Source: Octopus sinensis | Taxonomy: Eukaryota | Reading direction: 5' to 3' | Length of the DNA: 64,000 nucleotides | Assembly (NCBI RefSeq): GCF_006345805.1 | Contig: NW_021832389.1 | Span: 1-64,000, forward strand | Shown here: positions 13,494-26,733 of the stretch, piece by piece | Position numbering within the stretch: the stretch's first letter is position 1 | How the letters are laid out: each line of letters begins with the position of its first letter | Translations under genes and position numbers: made by a program | The notes under the pieces: generated by a model | What the model saw: the letters and a program-made list of their open reading frames with translations, nothing else | What the model was told of the DNA's origin: nothing | The model's database searches: none

Positions 13494-14942
13494 GTATGTA
13501 TGCATGAATATAGATGGATGTCCCTTCAATTTTTTTGCAAATTTCTATCATGTCTTGAAGTAGTTGATAAAGTATTGTAATCACATGAAAACATACAAGC
13601 ACCAGACACTCAAAGCCATTCCAACGCCACTCACAAACACGTAGAGTATCAGATATTTGCCTCCATCTAAAAACACCTATTACATTTTTCATGTTATCCA
13701 CGAAATCAAAAAGAAAAAAAAAACATTACCTCACTCCCATGCCAATCGCCAACACCGTAATCTCTCCCATTCAGGCTAGACACATCTTTAACCTCACAGA
13801 TCACAAATGCGACTTATTCCTAAAAATAACATGGTCTCACTAGACCGAACAAACAAACGAAAACAACACAAGTTTACAATAACAACTGCTTCTTCAATAA
13901 CCTCATTAGTACCAAATACCGGAGGAATTTATCATTGATATTCATAGAGGAGCATCATCTGTCGCAATCTCTCTGCATCTCCATAGAGTTCATATTTAAT
14001 CTAGAAAAGTCCTCAAATAAACTGGTCAGTAAATGATGTATATGTGGACCAATCTATATCACTTCATTTCCATACAACTGATCACATCTCAAAAGAACAG
14101 AAAATAGGATATTCGGTTATATAGAAGGCATTGCATATTGAAAAAAAAAACTGGTTCATATTGATCGCAGTTGGCAGCCAAAGCAATGTATTGTTTCTGT
14201 GTTAACATCAATAAGTCCCTGTATGGATCAGAAGGTTGGATGTTGTTATACCATGCAGGGGATAATGTGGTTCAAAGCATTGTGGCAGTTTTCGGGCGAT
14301 GTCACCCTGCATGCTAGGCAGACACCGGATTTCTCGGTGAACGGAATGCCAGCTAGTCAGAGGGTTAGTTATTTACGGGTGAGTGGACTGGGGCACCGTG
14401 GAATGAATGAAACCACAGTCTTGCGATCGGGAATACGAAACCCTAACCAAAAGGCTGTTTCGCTTCACCAATTTTAGTGTAACTACATGAAAACAGGGAT
14501 TACATATACAATGACGAGCATGATGCAGGGTTGCGAATAAACTCTATGAGATCCTTGAGCACTACCTTCGAACTTTACATATATAATAAATATTTCTTTT
14601 ATTCAAGGTAAAGGCAATGAAGAAACCCACCTTTCAAACTATTCCACTAAATCTAATGTACGACTGCATGCATATATATATATGTGTGTGTGCATGTGTG
14701 TGTGTGTGTGTGTGTGTATTGATAAAAATGGCAAGACAACAAATGAATGAAAGAGACCTCGATATTATGTAAATAGAGGAATTTATCTGTAAAGGTAGTA
14801 TGTGACAATTTTGTTTTTCATACCATTTTTTCCGATGGCCCGATAACTGAAGAGATGGCGGCGTAGATTTCCACCCTGGCATCCGAAACTCGGAGTTTCA
14901 TCATGGCTATCGAATAATTGTCACATATTATTTACATATATA

Positions 14943-15016
<74 letters not shown>

Positions 15017-15029
15017 GTACGGCGTTCTT

Positions 15030-15083
<54 letters not shown>

Positions 15084-15647
15084 TATATAATATATATATA
15101 ATATTTGTTTTTATGTTCAGTTATACTAAGAACAAGTTAAAATTAATCTGATGGGTTACTCTATACTTTTGTAGGGTACAAATTTATTATGCTTATAAAT
15201 ACATATGAATACACACACACACACACATATATGTATGGATGTAGATTGGTCAAATCAAGCACTTTTTACTCAGAGGTACGACTGGGTGTATAAGCTTCAC
15301 GATTCTCTGAAGACAAAGTGCATCCAAATTCGAAACTCAGAGTAGCAAGGCACTGACTCAACCAAAATAAATGTATTATTATTTTCTCCTATACTATCGA
15401 GTACTGTTTTTTCCGAAAGTTAACAACAAATATATGTGCGCGTGCATGCGTTGTTATGTGTAACTATGTATGTTTCTATTACCTTCTAGTTTATGATATA
15501 CATGTAAATACTTATAATATTGAATTAAACATAAACATTTATGGTATATATGTCAAAATATTATATATAAAAGTTTATTGAATATATCTATATATATATA
15601 TATATATATAGATATATATATATATATATATATCGTCAATATATATC

Positions 15648-15682
<35 letters not shown>

Positions 15683-15703
15683 TATCGTCAACTATATATA
15701 TAT

Positions 15704-16835
15704 AAAATAATAGTTATCGCCATACTAATATGGCATTCTTATAAAAATAAGAAAAAAGCTGTCCGCTTATTAGCTCCATGAGGCCATCGCCTTAAGTTAG
15801 CTATTTGATACACAAACTGTATCCAATTGTGATGTTCTTTAATTACCTTCATTCCGTGGTTGAGGAGCTTGCCAAGAGGTATGTTTAATCTCCACTTTCT
15901 TGTGTTGATATTTTCCCTTCTTTGCTTGTGGTTTGTGGATAACTCTGGTTTTCAAATGAAGTCCCAGTTTCATATTTTTCTGATTATTCTTCATTTCCCC
16001 AAAGCTTGTCTCTAATTCGTTGATACGCATAGCCAGTTTATCAACAACATCTCTCTGAAGGTTTGGAGTCTGTGATGCACTGAACAATAACTGGTTGTTC
16101 TTGTTCTCTTCGATTTGTTTCATAGCACTGTTTAACATTGTCTGCAGAAGTTCTTGTTTGTTTTCTATTTCTTTGATTTTCGAAATCGGCCCTGTGATAT
16201 CTTCAAGGTACTGATGTCATTCTGCAGATCGCTCACTTTTAATGACATCCCTCTAACTGTGCTTTAATGTCATTTTGCATCATGGTGACTGTGATAAAGA
16301 TTTAATGATTTTTCTCCATCTCATTGGCCGTATTCAAGGAGCGAGTATGTCTTCCTTTCAACTGTGTCTTCAACATGTCGATATCCTGTCTGGTTTCTTT
16401 TCGCTCAGCTTCAATCTTCAGGTTTATTCGAGATTGGATCCTTTAGTTTGTTCAATTCCAACTAATATTCTTGATGAGCTGCAGATTATTTACTGTCTGT
16501 GATTTCAAGGTCTTCATGCTGCTAATGGCCTCTGTTGCCTCTTCTGCAATTTGTCTGACTTCATCTGCAGTTCTGAATACTGCTTGTTGTGCACATCACT
16601 GTTGCTACGGATATGCGTCAAGTCCTCTATTAGGACTCTCTTGTTCTTTTACTGCCTTTATTCTGGTTCCAGCTTCTGACGTGCATACAAAACTTCTTGT
16701 TTAATAGTTTCCAAAAAATAGCGGAGCTTTTTCTTATTTTATAAGAATCCATATTAGTATGGCGATAACTATTATTTTCCGGGAACGCTGCCGCTGTTTT
16801 CTTTTAGAGAGACTTAGTTATTTTAATATTTCTAT
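15704..16835 (-). mobile_element. Unclassified element with ~65-bp inverted repeats, embedded in (TA)n
   Basis: 15704-15771 is the reverse complement of 16717-16778 apart from a few indels; (TA)n on both sides; right end has about 57 extra bp outside the IR. Confidence 0.7.
15847..16712 (-). pseudogene. Frame-disrupted coiled-coil coding sequence (~290 codons)
   Basis: Successive open segments FLETIKQEVLYARQKLE / RTADEVRQIAEEATEAISSMKTLK / INLKIEAERKETRQDIDMLKTQLK / MSLKVSDLQNDISTLK / ISKIKEIENKQELLQTMLNSAMKQIEE...RINELETSFGEMKNN...; E/K/Q/L heptad composition; ends at GAAG|gtaatt. Confidence 0.6.
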
Positions 16836-17083
16836 TATATATATATATATATAGTCAAATAGTAATCTTTTAAAGTAGAGAAATAGCTACGGTTCTGTGG
16901 CTGCTATTCTAAACTTCGGTATGCAGTAAAGCAAATCTTTGCTGAACCCTAATTATAAAAATTTACCGAGAAAAGGTCCCTTTTCATGCCGAATTCTACT
17001 TGGTGAAATTATTGATTACTAGTTAATTAATTAATTTTAGCCTTTGTTATTATTGATATATATATAAATATATTATATATAAT

Positions 17084-17130
<47 letters not shown>

Positions 17131-17225
17131 TATATATACATATATATATTAAAATGTATATGTGTCTGATACTAATTAATCTAAAACATCTTTAGTAATC
17201 TAATTTGTTTTCCTTTCTTTTCCAG

Positions 17226-17287
17226 GTACGTCTTACTATCAATTCTACACTTGTGATATTCCCAAACTATTTCGTAGATTCAACATT
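17226..17287 (+). CDS. Candidate internal exon (phase 1-0): GTSYYQFYTCDIPKLFRRFNI
   Basis: Branch-like ctaat, polypyrimidine ttgttttcctttcttttccag|, donor ATT|gtatgt; 62 nt open. Confidence 0.5.
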
Positions 17288-19077
17288 GTATGTATCCAGT
17301 TTTATTTCATACTTTTGACTTCTTAAATGTCTTATTTCTGTTTCAATCAAGAATCAAATATTCTTTCGTTCTTTTGTAAAACACTTACAGTGTATTGCAA
17401 CATATACAAGTGTGTGTCTAAGCTTGTTTGTCTGTATGTATGTTTTTTATGTATATAGCTACGTGTGAAGCTCTGGTTACGGAATTCATGCTTTCTGAGT
17501 AGATTGCAACCATCTCTCAGCCACTATTGCTGGCAGTTCTAACCTATCCCTGAAAAGAAACACGGTCCGAGGTATGAGTTTATTAGCATATCACGGAATT
17601 GCTTCCGGGCGAAGGTTACTCACAGAATGTCCAAAGGCCCAGTGCAGACTAGACACTTTACCTGGTCATCCAAGAACATGAACTTCTATACCAGCCCTGC
17701 TCACTGACACACACTGGACATGTGGGAGTGACTCACCAACAGATCATTTGCACTATGATAATAAATCCCCTTGCGCCCTTCTGTTATGATTTACTGGGAA
17801 TTTAAGAAAACCATAGGGAGTAAACCCTCGTCGAAAATGCGGAGGGAAGGACTCTATGGCAGATATATACGCGTATACTTGACAAAGATATGGAATTACC
17901 TGTGGCCCCATGAATGCTACGAACGTATAGACTTGTGTTTTCATCGTGGCGTATACATGCGTGGAGATGGGGTAAGTATACTTGGGGCTAGGCACTCGTT
18001 TCTGGAAATAGCCCAGGCCCTGCAGGGACAGTTCAGTCCATGTTTCTGCAATACTCTCGACCAACAACGAAAATACCCTTTCGTGCATATATAATGTATA
18101 TATGTATGTTCGTGTGTATTTGTGTATTGCCCATGATCTAATTGCATATAATATGCTCACCAGTTTTTTGTTTAGACGATAATTATGTATCATTTTTATA
18201 TTTTCCTCACATCTGACATAGAAGCGAAGGAAGGAATTTATTTTTACTCATATTTTACATTTAACAACGTTACAGAATGTTGAGATATGAAAATTAGTTT
18301 CGCTTTTTAAAATTTCTTTACATTTGTTGCTGTTAATGTTATATTATATATATCATATAGTATACTATATAAATTGTTATGTTTAAATATGCGACTCTGT
18401 GTGTGCAGGCATGTGATTGAGTACTTGTATGCAAATACGAAACAAAATGGAAAATGTCAATGGAACAGGACATAATTAGCATGAAAATAAAAAAACCTCT
18501 TGTCTGCTGAGTGATTTAGAGTCAATGTAGTTTCGTCGCATTTAATCTACTGTACTATTTCTATAGGGAGAGTCAGTCATTGTATGTAACTCCTATATGA
18601 CCGTCACTAACGAAAAGCGAGTGAAGGTGTGCAAAATTGAGAGACCACAACGTATAACTGGGATAAAAAATTTAATGCCACACAATACTTGTTCATGGTA
18701 AACAATGTTTACTTCAAAGTTAGGACGCAGCTTCCATCTATCATTCTACACACACAAAATATTCTTCATCCTGAGCTTTTAGCGAAACAAAAATGTCCAA
18801 ATGTATCAAAATATCCGCATGTTGATTAAATCCGACACCATATATTTTAACGAAACAGTTTACTTCGTTCACATATTTATGAATACATAGACAGGCACGC
18901 ACACATACACACACATATATACGTGTGCTTGTCTGTGTATATATATAATTATGTAAATATATGTACACACCTGTGAGTATTTACTTGCTTATAAGCAATG
19001 AGATATTCTACTTTTCGTAGCCAGACATGTCAGCGACTAATTACAAAGTAACCAATAACTCCTTAGAAACAAAGACA

Positions 19078-19404
19078 GTGAGGGCGCGTGGCTTAGTGGT
19101 TAGAGCATTCGGCTCATGATCGTAAGGTTGTGAGTTCGATTCCCGGCGACGCGTTGTGTCCTTGAGCAAGACATTTTATTTCACGTTGCTCCAGTCCACT
19201 CAGCTGGCAAAAATGAGTTGTACTTGCATTTCAAAGGGTCAGCCTTGTCACTCTCTGTGTCACGCTGATTATCCCCGAGAACTACGTTAAGGGTACACGT
19301 GTCTGTGGAATGCTCAGCCATTTGCACGTTAATTTCACGAGCAAGCTGTTCCGTTGATCGTATCAGCTGGGACCCTCGTCGTCGTAACCGGCGGAGTCTT
19401 TTTT
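19078..19404 (+). mobile_element. tRNA-head (H1) + CORE-type SINE, tail T1, poly(T) end, 15-bp TSD
   Basis: gcgtggcttagtgg A box, gagttcgattccc B box, gtgtccttgagcaagaca CORE-like motif; ttagaaacaaagaca at 19063 and 19403. Confidence 0.95.
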
Positions 19405-19719
19405 AGAAACAAAGACACAGATTGAAAGGCAGAAGACACATTGGATTAGTAATAGGCAAAGAGTGACGTGGAGCAGAAGGGATTATGGTAATAATGGTGG
19501 TGGTATTGGTGGTGATGGTTGTGGTGCTAACTGTGACGACGACAATATGCATATAAGTATGTGTGCGTGTGCTTATCTGTGCGTGTGTTGACTGATTTAT
19601 ATGGTAGTCGCGCGTGGATTAGTGTTAAGTGTGTTGCACTCATGATCGTAACGTTGTGGTTTCGATTCCTGCCCACGGCCGAGCGTTGTGTTGTTGAACC
19701 AAACACTACACCTCACGAT

Positions 19720-19852
19720 GCACCCGTCTTCTTGGATATTATTGAGAACCTCCTGAATCCGTGTATCCAAGTCCTCCAGTGTGCGAGCTTTTTGCCTTGT
19801 ACATCTCCTGCTTTCTAAGGTCACATGGGGTGACATCTGGAACTCTTGGAAA
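19720..19852 (-). pseudogene. Tc1/mariner-superfamily transposase C-terminal remnant
   Basis: Minus: PRVPDVTPCDL...QEMYKAK / RTLEDLDTRIQEVLNNIQ, matching PRSPDLTPCDF.LWG.LK..VY....TLEDL..RI; frameshifted and deleted. Confidence 0.65.
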
Positions 19853-19881
19853 GATAGATAGATGCATACACACACACACAC

Positions 19882-19913
<32 letters not shown>

Positions 19914-20250
19914 GAAGGCGCATGGCTCAGTGGTTAGAGCGTTGAACTTACGATCGTGTGGTTGTGAGCTCGAATCCCGGACCGAGTTGCGTGTTGTTTT
20001 CTTGAGCAAGACACTTTATTTCACGCTGCTCCAGTTCACTCAACTGTAGAAATGAGTTGCGACGTCACAGGTGCCAAGCTGCTTCGGCCTCATTGCCTTC
20101 CCGTGGATAACGCTGGTGGCGTGGAGAGGGGTCGCCGGTATGCATGGGCGACTGCTGGTCTTCCATAAAGAACCTTGCCCGGACTTGTACCTCGGAGGGT
20201 AACTCTCTAGGTGCATTCCCATGGTCAGTGTCGTGACCGAAGGGGGTCTC
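19914..20250 (+). mobile_element. H1 + CORE-type SINE, tail T2
   Basis: Same head/core as 19078 but 3' half gggcgactgctggtcttccataaagaaccttgcccggacttgtacctcggaggg. Confidence 0.9.
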
Positions 20251-20251
20251 A

Positions 20252-20308
<57 letters not shown>

Positions 20309-20422
20309 GCTTATATTTATATATAGATATCGGCAAAAGTTAAGGGTGGCTCAAGGATACGAGAGTTTTCCACTTTGTAAGTTCTTCCGGTTACTGAAAA
20401 GAAGCATAGATGTGTGTGTGTT

Positions 20423-20464
<42 letters not shown>

Positions 20465-21636
20465 TTTGCATATCCGTTTCTGTGTGTGGCGGGGTAAGAG
20501 TATGTATATGTATGTATTTATTCATATATACTTTTATGCGCCTACACACACAACGCTCATATCAATAGGTTAGGCACGTAACTAAACAGATGCATGTATG
20601 TGTGTATTTGTTTGTGTGTGCGTCTGCATGTGTTTGTGTAAGACTGTGTGCGATCATGCATGTAATTATACGAATTGGAGGATATGGAGCTGTCGTGGAA
20701 ATGGTTACCGATACCACTGAATGAGTAAAAGCTCCTTTAAACATTTCTTGCAGTGTTTTGAAATGGTTGTTTACAAGCTCAGTTCAAATTCTGGCAAGGT
20801 GAAATCGGCCTTCAGGGTTTCGATAAAACAAATGTTCTGATCACGTACAGAGATCGATTAAACATTTCTAAACTGGAATCTTAAATACTGATTACCATTA
20901 TTAGAACGTACAAAAAAACAAAAAAAAAAGGACCGAAAGTGGTATGCCAGTCTGAAGGCAAGATAAGAATGCACTTAGCTTTTATAGGGCCACGAAGCAA
21001 CTGATGAATAAAGGCAAATCGAAACAATCAATTCTTTTAGAATATTTCAAACAAAATCAATATATTTATTGATTGCTGTTGATGTTGTTGCTTACCTCTT
21101 CTAATGTAAGTCAATAAACTGCTAAACCCTAAAGCTGCCTACGTTTCATTTATTTCCCCCACACCCCCACACCGCCACTGTTCTTTTATTTATGTGAATT
21201 CCCTGTCAATTTAACTCCTCGGGGGAGTTCGGATAATTAAAAATAGAGCTTTTTTTAAAGAAATACTTTCATACACGCATATGTGTATATATATATATAT
21301 GATTATACATTCGTATATATGTATATACATTTAACTAAGTTTATAACTGTACATACGTGTATGTGCAATATAAATATAGGACAATTTCATCCTCGACAAA
21401 AATACATACATGTGTTACATATGTAGGCATACATGTGTGTTTTTGTGTGTGTGTGTGTGTGGTTACGTGTGCGTGTGTATATGTGTGGTTACGTAGGTGT
21501 TTGGGTATGTGTGGGTGTGTGTACGTGTGTGTATACGTTATCTGTTAGAAGTACTGACGTGAAATCGTGTATTCATATGTATGGCTGAATGTGTGCGCGC
21601 ATATTTTTGCAGATGCGTGTCTGTGAGTCAGTATGT

Positions 21637-21690
<54 letters not shown>

Positions 21691-22607
21691 ACCTAAATGT
21701 AATACATTTGTGACAATGAGTTTGAAATCCAACGAAATTAAGCAAACGTTCGACCAGAAAGCAATACCACGTTTTGGTTGGAAAGCGGTGGGAAACCATT
21801 CTGTGGTATTATGTGCGTTGTTCGTTCGTTCGTTCGTTCTTCTTCTTCCATTAATAAAAGTTATTTGTCAAACGTAGAAGAGTGTCATTTTTGCGGTTGA
21901 ATCAATATTACAAAAGTTGTTATATTCTGGTGTAGCGATGGGAATATAGATATTAGAAAACTTGAGGGAAACTGTCAAAAACGTGAGCTGGACTTAGTGA
22001 CTTGTACATTAAGCATGAACTTTTCCACAGACAAGTATCTATTTTGGCTCGATACGGTGAAGTCAGAGAGAAATATTTTCGTGTTGTTTAAATTCTTTGT
22101 GATTAGACTGATTTACATCAACGGAGAGATATGAGTTCCAATTTATCGATTTCTTGGCTAGGAACAAAGTCGCCGAATATGTAGAAGAGAAGTAAGGTTA
22201 CGTAGTTCTTTGACACTTGTATATATCTCATGATCATTTGGTGTTGTTAATTCAAATTCAGAGAGACAGTATCGATACCTAGCAATGGCACGCAATTCTG
22301 AATTGTAGAATGTGATGTATGTAACTCGATTGAACGGCCAATTAGTGCATGTGTTGTCTTTGTATTTTACCGATTTAACGAAAATCGAACATAAAATTGA
22401 TATGGTTATTCGAACGTAAAATCTTACAAAAGAATCGATTGACTTTGTTCAAGTATCTCTTTCATAGATGCTTCACCAAAATTGGCATAAAAAGAAACTT
22501 CTGATAATGGACATCGTTAATATTCGAAATCAGGACGTAGGTCTTAGAACTTATTGAACAGAACCAAAAGCAGTTTTTAACACTTCATTTACCAATATTG
22601 AATTAAA

Positions 22608-23280
22608 CCGAAGGCGGTGACCTGGTAGAATCGTTCGTATGCCGGTTAAACTGCTTAGTGGCATTCCATCCGTCTTCACATTCTGAGTTCAAATTCCATC
22701 GAAGTCGACTTTGCCTTTCATCCTTTCGGGGTCGATAAAATAAGTACCAATTGAGCGCTAGGGTTGATGTAATCGATTTAATCCCTTACTTGAAATTCCT
22801 GGCCTCGTGCTAAAATTTGAAATTAATTTTGAATTAACTGAAGACGGCTAGCTAGCAGAATCTTCAGCACGCCGGACAAACTGCTTAGCGGCATTCCATC
22901 CGTCTTCACATTCTGAGTTCAAATTCCATCAAGGTCGACTTTGCCTTTCATCCTTTCGGGGTCGATAAAATAAGTATCAGTTGAGCGCTAGGGTTGATGT
23001 AATCAATTTAATCCCTTACTTGAAATTGCTGGCCTCGTGCTAAAATTTGAAATTAATATTGAATTAACTGAAGACGGCTAGCTAGCAGAATCTTTAGCAC
23101 GCCGGACAAAATGCTTAGCGACATTTTCTCCGTTCTGAGTTCAAATTACGCTGAGGTCGAGTTTGCCGTTCCTTCTTTCGGGAGTCGATATAAATACCAG
23201 TTGAAAAGTGGGGTCGACGTAATGCACTTGCTACTAACCGCAAAAATTACTGGTCTTGTGTCCAGACTTGAAACCAATAT
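22608..23280 (+). mobile_element. Tandem trimer of older Nin/Deu SINE (tail 2), ~230-bp period
   Basis: Three heads (22608, 22838, 23068), each with B box and Nin motif; tail ggcctcgtgctaaaatttgaaa. Confidence 0.9.
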
Positions 23281-23529
23281 CGAAAGAATTGAATGAAATC
23301 TCACATAGGTACTTGAAATCAAGCACGAAAAGAAGAAAATTAAATTGATGCTTCAAGGCGTTTTATCTCGTATTTCTGTTTAATATCGTTCCTCATCATT
23401 TCTTTATCCGGATTTCTGAATTTTGATTTCAAATCCTGCCGGGTCAGTTGTGCAGTTTAACATTTCAGGATTCATATAAACAATACATTAATCCAGAGCG
23501 TTAGATTAAGTAAACTACTTTGCGTGTCA

Positions 23530-23760
23530 GGCGGCGAGCTGGCAGAAACGTTAGCACGTCGGGCAAAATGCGTAGCGGTATTTCGCCTACCGTTACGTTG
23601 TGAGTTCAAATTCCGCCGAGGTTGACTTTGCCTTTCATCCTTTCGGGGTTGATTAAATAAGTACCAGTTACGCACTGGGGTCGATATAATTGACTTAGTC
23701 CGTTTGTCTGTCCTTGTTTGTCCACTCTGTGTTTAGCCCCTTGTGGGTAGTAAAAAAATA
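23530..23760 (+). mobile_element. Nin/Deu SINE (tail 1), full length, 15-bp TSD
   Basis: tactttgcgtgtcag at 23516 and 23761. Confidence 0.95.
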
Positions 23761-23805
23761 TACTTTGCGTGTCAGACGAGGTGATAGAGAGATAGAGACA
23801 GACAT

Positions 23806-23841
<36 letters not shown>

Positions 23842-23844
23842 ACT

Positions 23845-23883
<39 letters not shown>

Positions 23884-24753
23884 GGTCGATTGATTAATTG
23901 ATTGATAGAAATTCTGTGCAAGCGTTCCTAAGTTGTGATTATAAGAAACACTTAATATTTCTCTGATCAGAGATAAATCGAACGTCAAATATCTAGTAAC
24001 TGAACTATATATCTACGAATATCAATCGCAGCGTAGCTCATGGAATACCAGGCATTCCACTTGCGAGAATATATCAACTTTTGAACCGGATGCCTTTTAC
24101 CAAAAACAGTCTTACTAATGGTTGACAAACCTACTTTCCAAACAGTGTATAAATGAGATGGAAATATTTAAAAGCTTCGTTAAAATTATTACATTTTTGA
24201 TACGTAGTTTGTATTCAAAGAATTTGACAATTATGGCAAGAGAAAAACATAGCAAAACAAAATGAAGTTAGGAAGCATAAAATAGAATTTGCCATAAATT
24301 TATTTTGTAGGAATGATTGAAATGCATTCATTCTGTTTGATAATTAGCAAAAGTCTGCTGTGATAAATATGAAAATGTAAATAGCATGAGTTATTCAAAA
24401 GGTTATATTTTTTTTTTGTAATTTTTCTATTACTGCTGTTTATGAAATCTACTGGTGTTTTAAATACACGCATATCTATTGATCGGAAGAGAAATTTAAT
24501 TTTGTTTCGATATTGCGCAATGGAATCACGTAGAAATACTGAACTAAGATGAAGATAAAAGATGAAGACATTGAACATCTATTAAGAGCGTTTCATTTGC
24601 TCCTATAATAAACCAACGAAGAAAAATGCTAACATAACAAATGCCAAAAAAATAACGAAATATAATATATATTAGGTAACTCAGTCTTGGTTTGATCAGA
24701 TTCTAATTAACTTAGGTCACATGATCTCTATTTATATTGTAAACATTTTATAG

Positions 24754-24819
24754 AGATATGGGGATTTTGTCCTCAGCGGAAGTGGTTCCCGATTTGAGAT
24801 TAGCAATTCATTAGCAAAA
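24754..24819 (+). CDS. Candidate internal exon (phase 0-0): RYGDFVLSGSGSRFEISNSLAK
   Basis: aaacattttatag|AGA...AAA|gtaatt; only this frame is open; joins in frame to 17287. Confidence 0.45.
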
Positions 24820-25719
24820 GTAATTATACAATACACCACACGTCATATGAGATTTATTAGATCTGTAGCAAAAGAAAAGGATGCTTTGTTAAGGAAGTCT
24901 TTTAATTTAATCTACACCACGGGAGACGGCATTCTATGAAACTGCAATTAAAATATTTCTCCCTAAAATGGGAACTTCCAATAATCGACATCATTCAACT
25001 CCAACCTGCAATATCTATCCCAGATTCCTACACAATTGTCAATGTGGGAAATGCTTGAGGTTCACCAATTTCATTCGGATACACATAAATACATAGCACC
25101 GACTACCAATTGAATGTATGAGCACTGTCAGAAAATAATATCTCATTCATCTTATCTGATATTAATGCCGAGTCTCATGTGCGTCTATCAATCGTATATA
25201 TATTTATATTTTTATATGTGTGTGTGTACGTATGCATGTTTATACACACTACACACACATGCATACATACACACATACGTATACATATGTGCATTTAGAC
25301 GTAAATGTATATGAAACTTTCCATCAGTTAAAAGAATAAAGAAGTATATATATTTCTGTATAAAGTTGTATTTCTTCTGTTTTCCTTTCTTTTGATTTCT
25401 TTACGAGGGAGGGAAGTCTACCTGGAAAATAATGCTTTCTCTTATTAATTTAGCATTACAATTTAGTAATATTTTATCTATTCTGGTTTCAAGCACAGGA
25501 TGTATGCATCGAGGATTTGTAGACAGGCCTGTTTCGACATAAGTGTATATCATCAGTGCGAACTAAATAGAGCCACTTTAATATTATTGAATTTCGTAAG
25601 ATTTACAAACCTCCCACAAAAAAAAAATAAATAAACAAATAGATGGCGAACTGGCAGAATCGTTAGCACACGACGGACAAAATGCTTAACGACATTTCAT
25701 CCGGCTCTTTACGTTTTAT

Positions 25720-26122
25720 AGGCGCAGGAGTGGCTGTGTGGTAAGTAGCTTGCTTCCCAACCACATGGTTCCGGGTTCAGTCCCACCGCGTGGCATCTTG
25801 GGCAAGTGTCTTCTGCTATAGCCCCGGGCCGACCAATGCCTTGAGAGTGGATTTGGTAGACGGAAACTGAAAGAAGCCTGTCGTATATATGTATATATAT
25901 GTATGTATGTGTGTGTTTGTGTGTCTAGTGTTTGTCCCTCTAGCGTTGCTTGACAACCGATGCTGTTGTGTTTACGTCTCCGTCACTTAGCGGTTCGGCA
26001 AAAAGTGACCGATAGAATAAGTACTAGGCTGACAAAGAATAAGTCCCGGGGTTGATTTGCTCGACTAAAGGCGGTGCTCCAGCATGGCCGCAGTCAAATG
26101 ACTGAAACAAGTAAAAGAGAAA
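25720..26122 (+). mobile_element. ~400-bp tRNA-derived SINE (family C), directly after a Nin-SINE head fragment (25643-25716)
   Basis: Head ggcgcaggagtggctgtgtgg...gggttcagtccc, CORE-like cttgggcaagtgtctt, internal TA/TG tract, tail ggccgcagtcaaatgactgaaacaagtaaaagaga. Confidence 0.92.
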
Positions 26123-26711
26123 GAGAAAGAAACAGGAAAATAGGTGAAATGGATCGTGATACATGAACGTATTGGACAAAATATTTCATTAAAACAATTA
26201 ATAATGGTTCTTACTTCACTTAAATACAACTGAAGATGCAATTAGTATTTAAAATGACATAGATGTGTAGCGATTGTTTTAAATAACCCTAGTATATTTT
26301 CTGTTGCTAACAATGGCGTTGCATCATTTTTGCAGTTGCTCTACAAATCTTAAAAATTATCCTTCTAGTCGTTTTGTACGAATGCATGCGTGTAAAAAAA
26401 GATTGTTATTCTCGGACGTGTTATTTCATTTTTGCATTTAACGACTAAAGTCTGAAGTTATCGAGATATTCTATAACGCAGTGCAATGCGTAAAAGAATA
26501 TTTAGCGTTTTAATGCGAATAGCTCTTGTATTGTTCGATCCTTCCTCTTTTTTTTTATTGGATGATAAAACTCTTATCACCATTTCTACCATAATGCTAA
26601 ATATAACAGAAAATATTTGAATTACTGCTATTGTGTGTGAATTTATATATGCAGAAAAAAAAGCGAAACAGGGGCACATATATGTTGTTTAAGGTTTTCA
26701 TAGTTTTCCAG

Positions 26712-26733
26712 AGAACCGACAACAGTGTCTTAG
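26712..26733 (+). CDS. Candidate 22-nt microexon
   Basis: ttttcatagttttccag|AGAACC...TTAG|gtaaat; frame ambiguous (RTDNSVL or NRQQCLR). Confidence 0.3.

Noticed and set aside
13730-13819. Minus-strand exon (ttatttttag|...GAG|gtaatg)
   Set aside because: Stops in all three frames.
22031-22191. Extra small + strand exons (22031-22056, 22162-22191)
   Set aside because: Splice signals are plausible but the reading phase cannot be fixed consistently with neighbouring candidates.
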